A stretch of DNA of 64,000 bases from Guillardia theta CCMP2712 (Eukaryota > Protista > Cryptophyta), in the NCBI RefSeq assembly GCF_000315625.1, contig NW_005434655.1, positions 742,807-806,806 of the forward strand, in the 5' to 3' direction. Both the position numbers and the translations under genes were made by a program. Of this stretch, positions 43,636 to 56,600 are shown piece after piece. The notes under the pieces are model-generated. The model saw only the letters and a program-made list of their open reading frames with translations, did not search any database and had not been told where the DNA came from. The number at the start of each line of letters is the position of its first letter. Position 1 is the stretch's first letter.

Positions 43636-45699
43636 NCGAAAGAAGGAAGAGGAGCTTCGAAAAGAGAAGGAGGAGGAGCTCCGAAAGAAGGAAGAGGAAT
43701 ACTGGCAGGATGTTCTGAAGGACCTTGCAGACCAGGAGAAGAAACTAGAGAAGGAGAAGGAGGAGCTCCGAAAGGAGAAGGCGAAATCAAGGAGTACTGG
43801 CAGGATGTTCTGAAGGACCTTGCAGACCAGGAGAAGAAACTAGAGAAGGAGAAGGAGGAGCTCCGAAAGGAGGAGCTCCGAAAGAAGGAGGAGAAGATCC
43901 GAAATGATAAGACTCTTTGAAATTAGAATTTTCTCGAAGGCGAAATCAAGGAGTACTGGCAGGATGTTCTGAAGGACCTTGCAGACCAGGAGAAGAAACT
44001 AGAGAAGGAGAAGGAGGAGCTCCGAAAGGATTGGAAAGGTCTCCGAGAGAGAGAGAACCACATCTCTTGGAAGGAGATAACTCGGAATCGTGACGCGGTG
44101 GGGTATATGGAGGAGGGAAATTTTTTTTGTCTCGATGGGTCGTTTTGGGATCAGCACAGCTCTGGACAAGGAAGGCAGCGGGTGCTCTACTGCAGGAAAT
44201 GCTTCAATGAGCAGTGGGAGTTCATTAAGGACAGAGTGTGTAAGGACGGGAGTCTGGGTTGGATCTTAGGGCCTCCAGGGACGGGGAAGTCGTCGACGAC
44301 CATGTCCTTTATACAATCGCTGAGCATGGAGGAGGGATGGATGGTGATGTGTGTGCGGCTGTGGAAGTGGAGTTCAGTTCAAGTGCTCCAAGTTGATGAT
44401 GGAGTTTTGAGAATCGCTGATTTGCCACGCAATGGTGCAGAAGAGATGCTGAGATGGGTCCTAAGAGAATGGTCTCAGGGCAAGAAGAAGTATCTTGTGT
44501 CCTTGGACGGTTACCAACAGGATGTACATGATCTGGCGCTCAGTGAATGCATGTGGTGGCTTCACAAGGACCGGGAAAACCGGCGGGTTGTCATCACGAC
44601 GTCGATGAGTTCTCGAGAAAAGAAAAAAATTGAGCTCGATAGAATGGAGAAGGTAGAGGAGTTGATGGTGTACTCGTGGGCACTGGAGGAGTACCAGGAG
44701 GCCATAAAGTACGAAATGTTCTACAAGAGTGTGGCCGGTGTAATGAAATGGAGCTTGGATGCGGAAGAAAGCTCGGAGGAGACAAGGTCGAGAGATGTCG
44801 AGTCAAAGTATCAGATTGTTGGAGGCTCATGCCGCCATATGTTCGAATGTACGACAGATCAAGCTATCCAAGATCTCTGTGCAGCGATGGACTCTGTCTC
44901 TAATTTCACGACGCTCTTTGAAATGAACGTGGGCGACCTTTCAAAGCAGTTTGTCAATCGGCTGCATGGGAAGTATCGAATCGGAAACCAGGTGTACTGG
45001 ACTTTTATCAGTAGGTTTGTTGCCAGGGAGCTAGCAGAGAAGCTCGGAGAATCGTTTGTGAGGAAGATTGAGCAGCTCCCTGGCATGACTGAGAATCCGT
45101 CTCTTCGGGGGATTTTGTTTGAGATGCTGTTCTTTGCTCGGATAGGACGAGATCCAGGGCTGCAGGTCAACCTCAGGTCAGAGAATCAAGCCGAGTCCGA
45201 GCAGCACGACGACTGGCAAAGGTGTAGCGTAATACCTCTTGAAGCAAGCGAAGTCCAGAAGGCTCTGAAGCAAGGAGAAGCAAGGTTGTGCCTGAAGCCG
45301 TTGAAATGGAATCAGGGGGGCTATGATGCAGTGATTTTGGACTCGAATGACAAGTTGGTGCGCTTCATACAGGTAACCATTGCGGAGACCCATGACCTTA
45401 AATTGCGGTTCATGTATGAGTGTCTGCAATCTTTGGGCATTGAGCNNNNNNNNNNNNNNNNNNNNNNNNNNNNNNNNNNNNNNNNNNNNNNNNNNNNNNN
45501 NNNNNNNNNNNNNNNNNNNNNNNNNNNNNNNNNNNNNNNNNNNNNGGGGACCTGGAAGGTTGAGATTGTGTTTGTCGTTCCAAAGGAGAATCTCTACAAG
45601 TTCAGAATGAAATGTGTGGAAGACGAATTTATACTTAAACAGTACGGGTGGACACGCGACTCTCAAGTAGTTGCAATGAACTCCAGACCGCAAGGATAG
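43636..45699 (+). CDS. CRN-like: Crinkler/RHS-like gene, copy 3 (5' part gapped or misassembled)
   Basis: ORF 44098-45699 with intact GPPGTGKS and the REase-like C-terminus. Confidence 0.7.
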
Positions 45700-45799
45700 A
45701 GCCGACAGATCGATGAGGGAAGAAAGAGGGGAGTCGCGGCCCCCAGAAGCCTCCCTTGCATCATGTGATAGAGTGCCTTGAATAAATACATCCCCGATA

Positions 45800-47510
45800 C
45801 CAACTCTGACACTACCTCATCTCCACAGCCTTACGCACGTCACTAACCCTCATCTCTCCTCCTTCCACAGGTGCGTGCCCGGCGCCTTTTGAAGGACGCG
45901 ATCCTGGTGATGATTCGTGTTCCCTGCCGATTCTCAGAGAAGGAACGATGGCATGTAAGCCGACAAGGATCAGCGGGCGTGAGGTAGGTCCTTCTGACGT
46001 CTTGATCTTACTTGATGCCACCGATCATCACAAGCGTCTCGTTAGGCTCAAGGCATTTTGCTCAAGACCTCAACCAAACCCAAACATTGCTTCAAGCTGA
46101 GAGCGAAGCAGGACATGCGGAGCAAAGATGCGATACTTGCTGATCTTGCGAAATCCCTTTGTATCGCGACTACACCCTTTCCGACTCTAGCTCAGTCGCC
46201 TCTTGCCTCATGCTGGTAATTTCTGCCTTCATGCTGGCGAACAGCTTACTCACTCTCTGTGATGACTTGAATGCAGCCCGTGCTGCATTCACACATTGGT
46301 TGTTTGGCATGCTGGAAGGAATACCCGCACCTTCCGACAAGTCCCCGTTGCCTTACTTTTCTCAACAAGCTGCAAGATCTTGTCACGAAATACATCATTG
46401 AAATACATCTGTTCATACACATGATCTCTTTGCCTCAGCTCAGATATGATCTTAATCTGTGTGTTGTCCGTGCAGCTATACTCCATATGAAATTCCCTTA
46501 TAGATTTTTCAATTTCAACAACTCGTTTCTCTAAGGACTTGACTCGGACATACAGGCTTTGCTCCATCTTTCTTTGCCCTTACATTGCAGAGGTAAATGG
46601 AAAACACTCTTACATAAAGGACCGACAACCCACCGCCGATGAACCCGAGGGGGACACCCGCGGCAAGGCGCTTCTCCTGCATCGTGACACCTACAACGCG
46701 AGGCACATTCATTCTGTTTGTAATGACCAGTAATCAATAAATTTGTTCGTTTTTCTTATCGTTTGCTTCTCTCAGTTGTGGACTAACGACATAATCCATG
46801 AAATTCATGGACTGCGATCGTGCAAGAAGTCAGTAGAGAGGAAGAGGGTAGAAGGGGAAGAACGCATACGGCTGTAGAGATGTGCTTTCTTGTCGTTTGA
46901 GTCTGTCCGCAGCCATTCGCTTGAGGGCTTCCAGCAGCATGTGCGGAGGAATTGAAATCTCACAGCTTGTCAATGATCAGACGATTCTAGATGGTCTTTG
47001 AGGAGGGCAGGAGAGCTCCGCGCTCAAGTCAGCGTACCCTGCTCTCGCACTTGGCCGTTACTTGCCCCAGCCTCCAAGATCAACCTAGGAGCCAACCTAT
47101 GGCTATCTTGACTTCGGCTCCATGATAAATCCGGGTCCACGTCGATCATCACAACATCTTGTCCCTTGTGAGCAGTCGGTCACTCCCTTCCATGTTGTCA
47201 ATGGCACGGTCCGCACCTTTTGTCGAAAGAATTCTGCTATGTAAGCCCAGCTGCCATAATGCTGAGCGCGAACAGCCTGAAGCAGCTTCCTCGGATCACC
47301 AGGACAACGTGCTGGTTGAAGCGGAACCCTGACTCCCACTGGGCGTCTCGGCTGCCCAAATGCACTTCGTCGTCAGTCCTACTCTTCCTTCCACTATCCT
47401 CTTCCGCCTCAAACTCCAACGCAGCTGTCACGCACCGATGAGTCAAACGATCCACTAACTTCAACCCGCGCAGAAGCTCAAAGATCTGTTCTCACATTAC
47501 ATCCAGCTAA
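45800..47510 (-). other. Multi-exon gene fragment of unknown function, co-duplicated in the 3' flank of CRN-like copies (also ~37800-39530 and ~49462-50620)
   Basis: Repeated flank with short GT..AG introns and exon-like ORFs (e.g. 46289-46567 and 47103-47339) converging on the CRN-like stop codon. Confidence 0.4.
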
Positions 47511-48064
47511 GTAGGCTGTTCGCCAGCATGAAGGCAGAAATTACCAGCATGAGGCAAGAGGTGACTGAGCTAGAGTCGGAAAGGGTGTAGTCGCGATACA
47601 AAGGGATTTCGCAAGATCAGCAAGTATCGCATCTTTGCTCCGCATGTCCTGCTTCGCTCTCAGCTTGAAGCAATGTTTGGGTTTGGTTGAGGTCTTGAGC
47701 AAAATGCCTTGAGCCTAACGAGACGCTTGTGATGATCGGTGGCATCAAGTAAGATCAAGACGTCAGTGTGAAGGAACTACCTCACGCCCGCTGATCCTTG
47801 TCGGCTTACATGCCATCGTTCCTTCTCTGAGAATCGGCAGGGAACACGAATCATCACCAGGATCGCGTCCTTCAAAAGGCGCCGGGCACGCACCTGTGGA
47901 AGGAGGAGAGATGAGGGTTAGTGACGTGCGTAAGGCTGTGGAGATGAGGTAGTGTCAGAGTTGGTATCGGGGATGTATTTATTCAAGGCACTCTATCACA
48001 TGATGCAAGGGAGGCTTCTGGGGGCCGCGACTCCCCTCTTTCTTCCCTCATCGATCTGTCGGCT

Positions 48065-49461
48065 CTATCCTTGCGGTCTGGAGTTCATTGCAACTACTTG
48101 AGAGTCGCGTGTCCACCCGTACTGTTTAAGTATAAATTCGTCTTCCACACGTTTCATTCTGAACTTGTAGAGATTCTCCTTTGGAACGACAAACACAATC
48201 TCAACCTTCCAGGTCCCCCCTTGCTCAATGCCCAAAGATTGCAGACACTCATACATGAACCGCAATTTAAGGTCATGGGTCTCCGCAATGGTTACCTGTA
48301 TGAAGCGCACCAACTTGTCATTCGAGTCCAAAATCACTGCATCATAGCCCCCCGGATTCCATTTCAACGGCTTCAGGCACAACCTTGCTTCTCCTTGCTT
48401 CAGAGCCTTCTGGACTTCGCTTGCTTCAAGAGGTATTACGCTACACCTTTGCCAGTCGTCGTGCTGCTCGGACTCGGCTTGATTCTCTGACCTGAGGTTG
48501 ACCTGCAGCCCTGGATCTCGTCCTATCCGAGCAAAGAACAGCATCTCAAACAAAATCCCCCGAAGAGACGGATTCTCAGTCATGCCAGGGAGCTGCTCAA
48601 TCTTCCTCACAAACGATTCTCCGAGCTTCTCTGCTAGCTCCCTGGCAACAAACCTACTGATAAAAGTCCAGTACACCTGGTTTCCGATTCGATACTTCCC
48701 ATGCAGCCGATTGACAAACTGCTTTGACCGGTCGCCCACGTTCATTTCAAAGAGCGTCGTGAAATTAGAGACAGAGTCCATCGCTGCACAGAGATCTTGG
48801 ATAGCTTGATCTGTCGTACATTCGAACATATGGCGGCATGAGCCTCCAACAATCTGATACTTTGACTCGACATCTCTCGACCTTGTCTCCTCCGAGCTTT
48901 CTTCCGCATCCAAGCTCCATTTCATTACACCGGCCACACTCTTGTAGAACATTTCGTACTTTATGGCCTCCTGGTACTCCTCCAGTGCCCACGAGTACAC
49001 CATCAACTCCTCTACCTTCTCCATTCTATCGAGCTCAATTTTTTTCTTTTCTCGAGAACTCATCGACGTCGTGATGACAACCCGCCGGTTTTCCCGGTCC
49101 TTGTGAAGCCACCACATGCATTCACTGAGCGCCAGATCATGTACATCCTGTTGGTAACCGTCCAAGGACACAAGATACTTCTTCTTGCCCTGAGACCATT
49201 CTCTTAGGACCCATCTCAGCATCTCTTCTGCACCATTGCGTGGCAAATCAGCGATTCTCAAAACTCCATCATCAACTTGGAGCACTTGAACTGAACTCCA
49301 CTTCCACAGCCGCACACACATCACCATCCATCCCTCCTCCATGCTCAGCGATTGTATAAAGGACATGGTCGTCGACGACTTCCCCGTCCCTGGAGGCCCT
49401 AAGATCCAACCCAGACTCCCGTCCTTACACACTCTGTCCTTAATGAACTCCCACTGCTCAT
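48065..49461 (-). pseudogene. CRN-like: Crinkler/RHS-like gene, copy 4, 5'-truncated
   Basis: Homology starts abruptly at NEQWEF and is fused to 3'-flank sequence. Confidence 0.8.
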
Positions 49462-50716
49462 TCCTCCGCACATGCTGCTGGAAGCCCTCAAGCGAATGGC
49501 TGCGGACAGACTCAAACGACAAGAAAGCACATCTCTACAGCCGTATGCGTTCTTCCCCTTCTACCCTCTTCCTCTCTACTGACTTCTTGCACGATCGCAG
49601 TCCATGAATTTCATGGATTATGTCGTTAGTCCACAACTGAGAGAAGCAAACGATAAGAAAAACGAACAAATTTATTGATTACTGGTCATTACAAACAGAA
49701 TGAATGTGCCTCGCGTTGTAGGTGTCACGATGCAGGAGAAGCGCCTTGCCGCGGGTGTCCCCCTCGGGTTCATCGGCGGTGGGTTGTCGGTCCTTTATGT
49801 AAGAGTGTTTTCCATTTACCTCTGCAATGTAAGGGCAAAGAAAGATGGAGCAAAGCCTGTATGTCCGAGTCAAGTCCTTAGAGAAACGAGTTGTTGAAAT
49901 TGAAAAATCTATAAGGGAATTTCATATGGAGTATAGCTGCACGGACAACACACAGATTAAGATCATATCTGAGCTGAGGCAAAGAGATCATGTGTATGAA
50001 CAGATGTATTTCAATGATGTATTTCGTGACAAGATCTTGCAGCTTGTTGAGAAAAGTAAGGCAACGGGGACATGTCGGAAGGTGCGGGTATTCCTTCCAG
50101 CATGCCAAACAACCAATGTGTGAATGCAGCACGGGCTGCATTCAAGTCATCACAGAGAGTGAGTAGGCTGTTCGCCAGCATGAAGGCAGAAATTACCAGC
50201 ATGAGGCAAGAGGTGACTGAGCTAGAGTCGGAAAGGGTGTAGTCGCGATACAAAGGGATTTCGCAAGATCAGCAAGTATCGCATCTTTGCTCCGCATGTC
50301 CTGCTTCGCTCTCAGCTTGAAGCAATGTTTGGGTTTGGTTGAGGTCTTGAGCAAAATGCCTTGAGCCTAACGAGACGCTTGTGATGATCGGTGGCATCAA
50401 GTAAGATCAAGACGTCAGTGTGAAGGAACTACCTCACGCCCGCTGATCCTTGTCGGCTTACATGCCATCGTTCCTTCTCTGAGAATCGGCAGGGAACACG
50501 AATCATCACCAGGATCGCGTCCTTCAAAAGGCGCCGGGCACGCACCTGTGGAAGGAGGAGAGATGAGGGTTAGTGACGTGCGTAAGGCTGTGGAGATGAG
50601 GTAGTGTCAGAGTTGGTATCGGGGATGTATTTATTCAAGGCACTCTATCACATGATGCAAGGGAGGCATCTGGGGGCCGCGACTCCCCTCTTTCTTCCCT
50701 CATCGATCTGTCGGCT

Positions 50717-53179
50717 CTATCCTTGCGGTCTGGAGTTCATTGCAACTACTTGAGAGTCGCGTGTCCACCCGTACTGTTTAAGTATAAATTCGTCTTCCAC
50801 ACGTTTCATTCTGAACTTGTAGAGATTCTCCTTTGGAACGACAAACACAATCTCAACCTTCCAGGTCCCCCCTTGCTCAATGCCCAAAGATTGCAGACAC
50901 TCATACATGAACCGCAATTTAAGGTCATGGGTCTCCGCAATGGTTACCTGTATGAAGCGCACCAACTTGTCATTCGAGTCCAAAATCACTGCATCATAGC
51001 CCCCCTGATTCCATTTCAACGGCTTCAGGCACAACCTTGCTTCTCCTTGCTTCAGAGCCTTCTGGACTTCGCTTGCTTCAAGAGGTATTACGCTACACCT
51101 TTGCCAGTCGTCGTGCTGCTCGGACTCGGCTTGATTCTCTGACCTGAGGTTGACCTGCAGCCCTGGATCTCGTCCTATCCGAGCAAAGAACAGCATCTCA
51201 AACAAAATCCCCCGAAGAGACGGATTCTCAGTCATGCCAGGGAGCTGCTCAATCTTCCTCACAAACGATTCTCCGAGCTTCTCTGCTAGCTCCCTGGCAA
51301 CAAACCTACTGATAAAAGTCCAGTACACCTGGTTTCCGATTCGATACTTCCCAGAAAGGTCGCCCACGTTCATTTCAAAGAGCGTCGTGAAATTAGAGAC
51401 AGAGTCCATCGCTGCACAGAGATCTTGGATAGCTTGATCTGTCGTACATTCGAACATATGGCGGCATGAGCCTCCAACAATCTGATACTTTGACTCGACA
51501 TCTCTCGACCTTGTCTCCTCCGAGCTTTCTTCCGCATCCAAGCTCCATTTCATTACACCGGCCACACTCTTGTAGAACATTTCGTACTTTATGGCCTCCT
51601 GGTACTCCTCCAGTGCCCACGAGTACACCATCAACTCCTCTACCTTCTCCATTCTATCGAGCTCAATTTTTTTCTTTTCTCGAGAACTCATCGACGTCGT
51701 GATGACAACCCGCCGGTTTTCCCGGTCCTTGTGAAGCCACCACATGCATTCACTGAGCGCCAGATCATGTACATCCTGTTGGTAACCGTCCAAGGACACA
51801 AGATACTTCTTCTTGCCCTGAGACCATTCTCTTAGGACCCATCTCAGCATCTCTTCTGCACCATTGCGTGGCAAATCAGCGATTCTCAAAACTCCATCAT
51901 CAACTTGGAGCACTTGAACTGAACTCCACTTCCACAGCCGCACACACATCACCATCCATCCCTCCTCCATGCTCAGCGATTGTATAAAGGACATGGTCGT
52001 CGACGACTTCCCCGTCCCTGGAGGCCCTAAGATCCAACCCAGACTCCCGTCCTTACACACTCTGTCCTTAATGAACTCCCACTGCTCATTGAAGCATTTC
52101 CTGCAGTAGAGCACCCGCTGCCTTCCTTGTCCAGAGCTGTGCTGATCCCAAAACGACCCATCGAGACAAAAAAAATTTCCCTCCTCCATATACCCCACCG
52201 CGTCACGATTCCGAGTTATCTCCTTCCAAGAGATGTGGTTCTCTCTCTCTCGGAGACCTTTCCAATCCTTTCGGAGCTCCTCCTTCTCCTTCTCCAGTTT
52301 CTTCTCCTGGTCTGCAAGGTCCTTCAGAACATCCTGCCAGTACTCCTTGATTTCGCCTTCAAGATGAAGTTTCCACATGGCCTCAGTCTTATCATTTCGG
52401 ATCTTCTCCTCCTTCTTTCGGAGCTCCTCCTTTCGGAGCTCCTCCTCCTTTCGGAGCTCCTCCTTTCGGAGCTCCTCCTTCTCCTTCTCCAGTTTCTTCT
52501 CCTGGTCTGCAAGGTCCTTCAGAACATCCTGCCAGTACTCCTTGATTTCGCCTTCGAGATGAAGTTTCCACATGGCCTCAGTCTTATCATTTCGGATCTT
52601 CTCCTCCTTCTTTCGGAGCTCCTCCTTTCGGAGCTCCTCCTTCTCCTTCTCTAGTTTCTTCTCCTGGTCTGCAAGGTCCTTCAGAACATCCTGCCAGTAC
52701 TCCTTGATTTCGCCTTCGAGATGAAGTTTCCGCATGGCCTCAGTCTTATCATTTCGGATCTTCTCCTCCTTCTTTCGGAGCTCCTCCTTTCGGAGCTCCT
52801 CCTTCTCCTTCTCTAGTTTCTTCTCCTGGTCTGCAAGGTCCTTCAGAACATCCTGCCAGTACTCCTTGATTTCGCCTTCGAGATGAAGTTTCCACATGGC
52901 CTCAGTCTTATCATTTCGGATCTTCTCCTCCTTCTTTCGGAGCTCCTCCTTCTCTTGTCGAAGCTCCTCTTCCTTCTTTCGGAGCTCCTCCTCCTTCTCT
53001 TTTCGAAGCTCCTCCTCCTTCTTTCGGAGCTCCTCCTGCTTGTTCCCTTGTACTCTCTTGCTGTTACGGGCGGACTGCTCATCGTCGCCCCCATCTTGCC
53101 TGCCGCGTTTCGTCATTGCAGCTGAAGTGAGAGAATTATTTTTCAACTCAACAAGAGAGAGGGAAGCTTGTTGTCCCAC
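50717..53179 (-). CDS. CRN-like: Crinkler/RHS-like gene, copy 5, full-length ORF of 820 aa (8-aa internal deletion)
   Basis: Four N-terminal repeats, GPPGTGKS and WNQGGYD; lacks KQFVNRLH present in other copies. Confidence 0.8.
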   Translation of the reverse strand: MGQQASLSLVELKNNSLTSAAMTKRGRQDGGDDEQSARNSKRVQGNKQEELRKKEEELRKEKEEELRKKEEELRQEKEELRKKEEKIRNDKTEAMWKLHLEGEIKEYWQDVLKDLADQEKKLEKEKEELRKEELRKKEEKIRNDKTEAMRKLHLEGEIKEYWQDVLKDLADQEKKLEKEKEELRKEELRKKEEKIRNDKTEAMWKLHLEGEIKEYWQDVLKDLADQEKKLEKEKEELRKEELRKEEELRKEELRKKEEKIRNDKTEAMWKLHLEGEIKEYWQDVLKDLADQEKKLEKEKEELRKDWKGLRERENHISWKEITRNRDAVGYMEEGNFFCLDGSFWDQHSSGQGRQRVLYCRKCFNEQWEFIKDRVCKDGSLGWILGPPGTGKSSTTMSFIQSLSMEEGWMVMCVRLWKWSSVQVLQVDDGVLRIADLPRNGAEEMLRWVLREWSQGKKKYLVSLDGYQQDVHDLALSECMWWLHKDRENRRVVITTSMSSREKKKIELDRMEKVEELMVYSWALEEYQEAIKYEMFYKSVAGVMKWSLDAEESSEETRSRDVESKYQIVGGSCRHMFECTTDQAIQDLCAAMDSVSNFTTLFEMNVGDLSGKYRIGNQVYWTFISRFVARELAEKLGESFVRKIEQLPGMTENPSLRGILFEMLFFARIGRDPGLQVNLRSENQAESEQHDDWQRCSVIPLEASEVQKALKQGEARLCLKPLKWNQGGYDAVILDSNDKLVRFIQVTIAETHDLKLRFMYECLQSLGIEQGGTWKVEIVFVVPKENLYKFRMKRVEDEFILKQYGWTRDSQVVAMNSRPQG

Positions 53180-53624
53180 ATTTGAAATTTAAGGGCATTT
53201 TATGAGACTTGATTTGAAAAAGCTTGGGGCGGCCGGGCAGAAACTGACCGGTATCAGAAGCGTAGCGTTTTTACTATTCCAATGGTAGTCCAATGGGGTA
53301 TTGTTTAAATTTCTCTCGATGGCTGCAAAAATGGCGTGTTGGATATTTTAAAATGGAGGAGGCACCTGCCACTGGAGCAGGGGGAGCAGGGGGGGGAAGG
53401 TTCAGCAGCACGATTCAGCTTGCTTTGCAGTCATTCTGGGAGGCCTCTTCATCGAACGATCAGTAAACTCTGGGTAGAAATCGATCGATGGTCACTCTCG
53501 GCCTCGCAAGACTCGATGTCATCAAGTTGATGAAACTACCCGGTCCAGGATCTTTCGTCATCAAGGCATCAAGTTGATTCGGAAACTTGGAAGTTGATCA
53601 ATCGATTTCTACCCGGCTCAGTCA

Positions 53625-56600
53625 GAAACTTCTTTATTGACTGAAAAAGAAGGACAAACCGGAGCAAACAAAGGAGGGGGAGGATAAAGCCTACAAACCC
53701 GCCTCAATAAAAATACTAGGAAACGAAGGAGGCAGCGAAAACCGGCACTCCAACCACGCAAGCGACGGCCGCACGCACGACAAGCAGGGGAACAAGGATC
53801 AGGACAAAGAGCAGTAGCGCAAGGCCCCTGCGAGGAGGACGGCAAGACCCATACGAGAGCGATACTGCCGAAACAGGCGAGCACGCAAACGATGAAAGCC
53901 AGGGTCCCCATACACCGCCTCCTGAGCGTACCTGCAGTGAAGGGAAGAAAGGCCTTCGGCGGGTGATGGGTGCCATAACTTGCGCGATGATCGGAAATCT
54001 TCTGTTGGGCGGGGCCGGAGAGCGCAGAAAGTCCGACGGGGCTGCCGCTGCTGTTGTAGGGATGGGTCATCGTGAAGTCCAGAACCAGCCCATTCCAGGT
54101 GTGGGTGGAGAGGCCAGGGAGCCAAAGGTCGCCCATGTGTCGGTTGGTGGGGCCATGCTGAGGAACGAGGGTCCGGGTGTGTCGCAGTCCCTGTTGATGG
54201 AGCTTCGTGAGTGCAGTGGTCCAGAGAGCAGCGCGATGACGACAGTTGGCCAAATGAGAGACACTGCTTCCCGCCGATGGATCCAGAGCTGTAGCACAAC
54301 GATCACAGGTGGGAGGCAGCCTAGCCGGGGGTAGCCCATGCAGGAAGCGGTCGACACCTCGTGCGAGGTGGATGGGACACTGGTTAGAAGGGTGAACGTT
54401 GGTGGCCTCCATCAAAGAGTATTGCAAGCGCCGCTGTGGGTTCTGAGTCTTCCGAAGGAGGGGCTCCAGGGGGAAAGGGGAAGAAGGCTGACTCGCTGAC
54501 TCGGGGGGATAGAGCTCCACAGTATAGCTGCCATGAGCCCGGAGGAGAGCTGCCTGCACCTGAGACAATTGCGCCCGCCGCTCAAGATGAGGGGGAAAAG
54601 TCTGCATCAACCGTCCAGTGACTGAGCGCTGGGGGGGGAGAAAAGGAGGTCCGCCCGCGAGCTGAAAGAGCGCCGGAGATGGGATCGAATTGTGCAAACG
54701 TGCGTCCTCCAGGTCGCTGGGGTCCAGGTATTGCGGCACTCCACGGTCAACCAGGGCCTGATGCACCCGCAGGAAGGAGGCGAGTAGGGGAGGGAGGGCC
54801 AGATCCGGCTCGTCCAATTGACGGAGGGTACCATCCAGCCGAGAGAACAGCGGAGGGGTTGAGAATGTCCAGGTCTGCACACAGGGTAAAGTAGCGCTCC
54901 ATTGTAAGAAACTGGCCGTGGCGATGTAATAAGCTGATAGACTAACTCCTGCTTGAGGTGTAAAGCCATCCCCGCCCTCCTGGTATGGAAGTTGACGCTT
55001 GAAAAAAGCAAAGTCCAATGGAGACAAGAAAGAAGAGCTGGCCAGACCGAAGTCAATGTCCGAGCCTCCGTCCGACGAGGGCCAATCAAAAGCCTTGCCC
55101 AGTTCCAGAAGAACACTCTGGTCGAAAGCAGTGCATGCATCAGTTACCATTTCAGGATCGATGCCCCGTAAGAAGTACTGCAAAGTTGGGAGATGAGTAG
55201 CCCGGATAAGGTGTTTGCAGGCGAAGGGATGTAAGGTACTCAGCGATCCCAACTTGTGGAGGTCATCGTCTAGAGCCGCGAGCTTGTCCCGAAGCCAGTT
55301 GCTGATGAAGCCCCTAGAGCCCAAAGGTATGCCTCCTGCCACCACCCCCTCCATCTCGACCGAGAAGCTCCGCAAGTGCGCAAATTCGCGCTTGATGAAG
55401 GCAACGATTGCTGAATGCTGTTCGGGCGGTAAGTCGACCCAGGAAGGGGAAAAGACCTTGGAGTCGCGAGGCTGAATGTCCAGTGCCAAGTCATCCCGCA
55501 GGGTGTCGATAAGGTCCTTGACCGCAGCACTAGCGTCCGAAAGTCGCCCAACCACCGTGATATTATCAGCGTACAGCGGGAAGGTGCAGTTGGTATGCTT
55601 ATCCGCAACTCGCATGAGAAAAGGATGGAGAGCGTGACAGAAGAGACTGAGACCTGCTGGATCACCTTGGTGAACCCCTCGAGAGCAGTCGAAAGGCCGA
55701 GCTTGCGTTCCTCGCTTCAAAAAGAGACGACAATCACCCTGATAGAAGTGAGAGACATAAGGGAGGACGCGGTGCGCAAACGATCCGCATTGCGGGAGCT
55801 GGTCCCCCGGCCTGGCGAGGAATCCCTCACCCAGGGACGCAAAGTAGCCCTGAGACGCCGTACCCAACAAAGTGTCAAGCAATGCCCGCCGGGATAAGGA
55901 ATTGAAAGCATTCTTGCAGTCCAGCCCAATCATGACGACAGGGTCATAGGCGAGCAACGTCGCCTCCGACGGAATGTGCTGATGCGTGAAAGGCCCTAGC
56001 GTGCACTGAAGGAGCTTGGCAAATCGAATCGCCCCATCTTCCAGACCGCCCGAGTGCTGGATCACCCGAGGATGAGCCTGAGTGAAGAAGTGGGTAAGGT
56101 CAGAGCGGTGGTAGCGAGTGAAGAGGCTAGAGCTCAATCGCCTCTGCAGGCTTCCTATGATAATTGGGCGTAAACCAGGTTTACCCGGCTTGGCAGCTGG
56201 GTAGTATATTCCCCCCCGCAGAAGGCTATCGATCTGATCAATTCCGGTGCCATACCCCAAGAGTAGAGGTTTCAGAATGAAGTTCTTGTAGGCATCCTTG
56301 GTAGCCTCGTCCATTCGGAGGATAGGGCGCAAGAACTGAAAAGGTCGCCATCCTGTAAGATCCGCTGCAGCTGACTTGGTGAATTTACTCAGGACCTTAT
56401 TGACATGCTTCTCATGAAGGATGGCATCCAAGAGAGATTCAGAGTCTGTATCTTCGTCGTCGCCCGAGGCCTCTCCGAATATGAGCTGATGACGGGAAGC
56501 TTGAAGGTTGCCAGGGTCAAGCAAGGAAACAGGGCTGGGGCTGTGAGGGAACTTCTCAAGAGTGTCGTGGTAAATCTGATCGAAGTCATCAGTCCGTAGG

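Noticed and set aside
38162-43920. Long ORFs containing X runs
   Set aside because: Their length is an artefact of N gaps
53618-53925. Hydrophobic C-terminal tail of the 1403-aa ORF as a transmembrane domain
   Set aside because: Probably out-of-frame read-through into the 3' region after a deletion or frameshift in the endonuclease C-terminus
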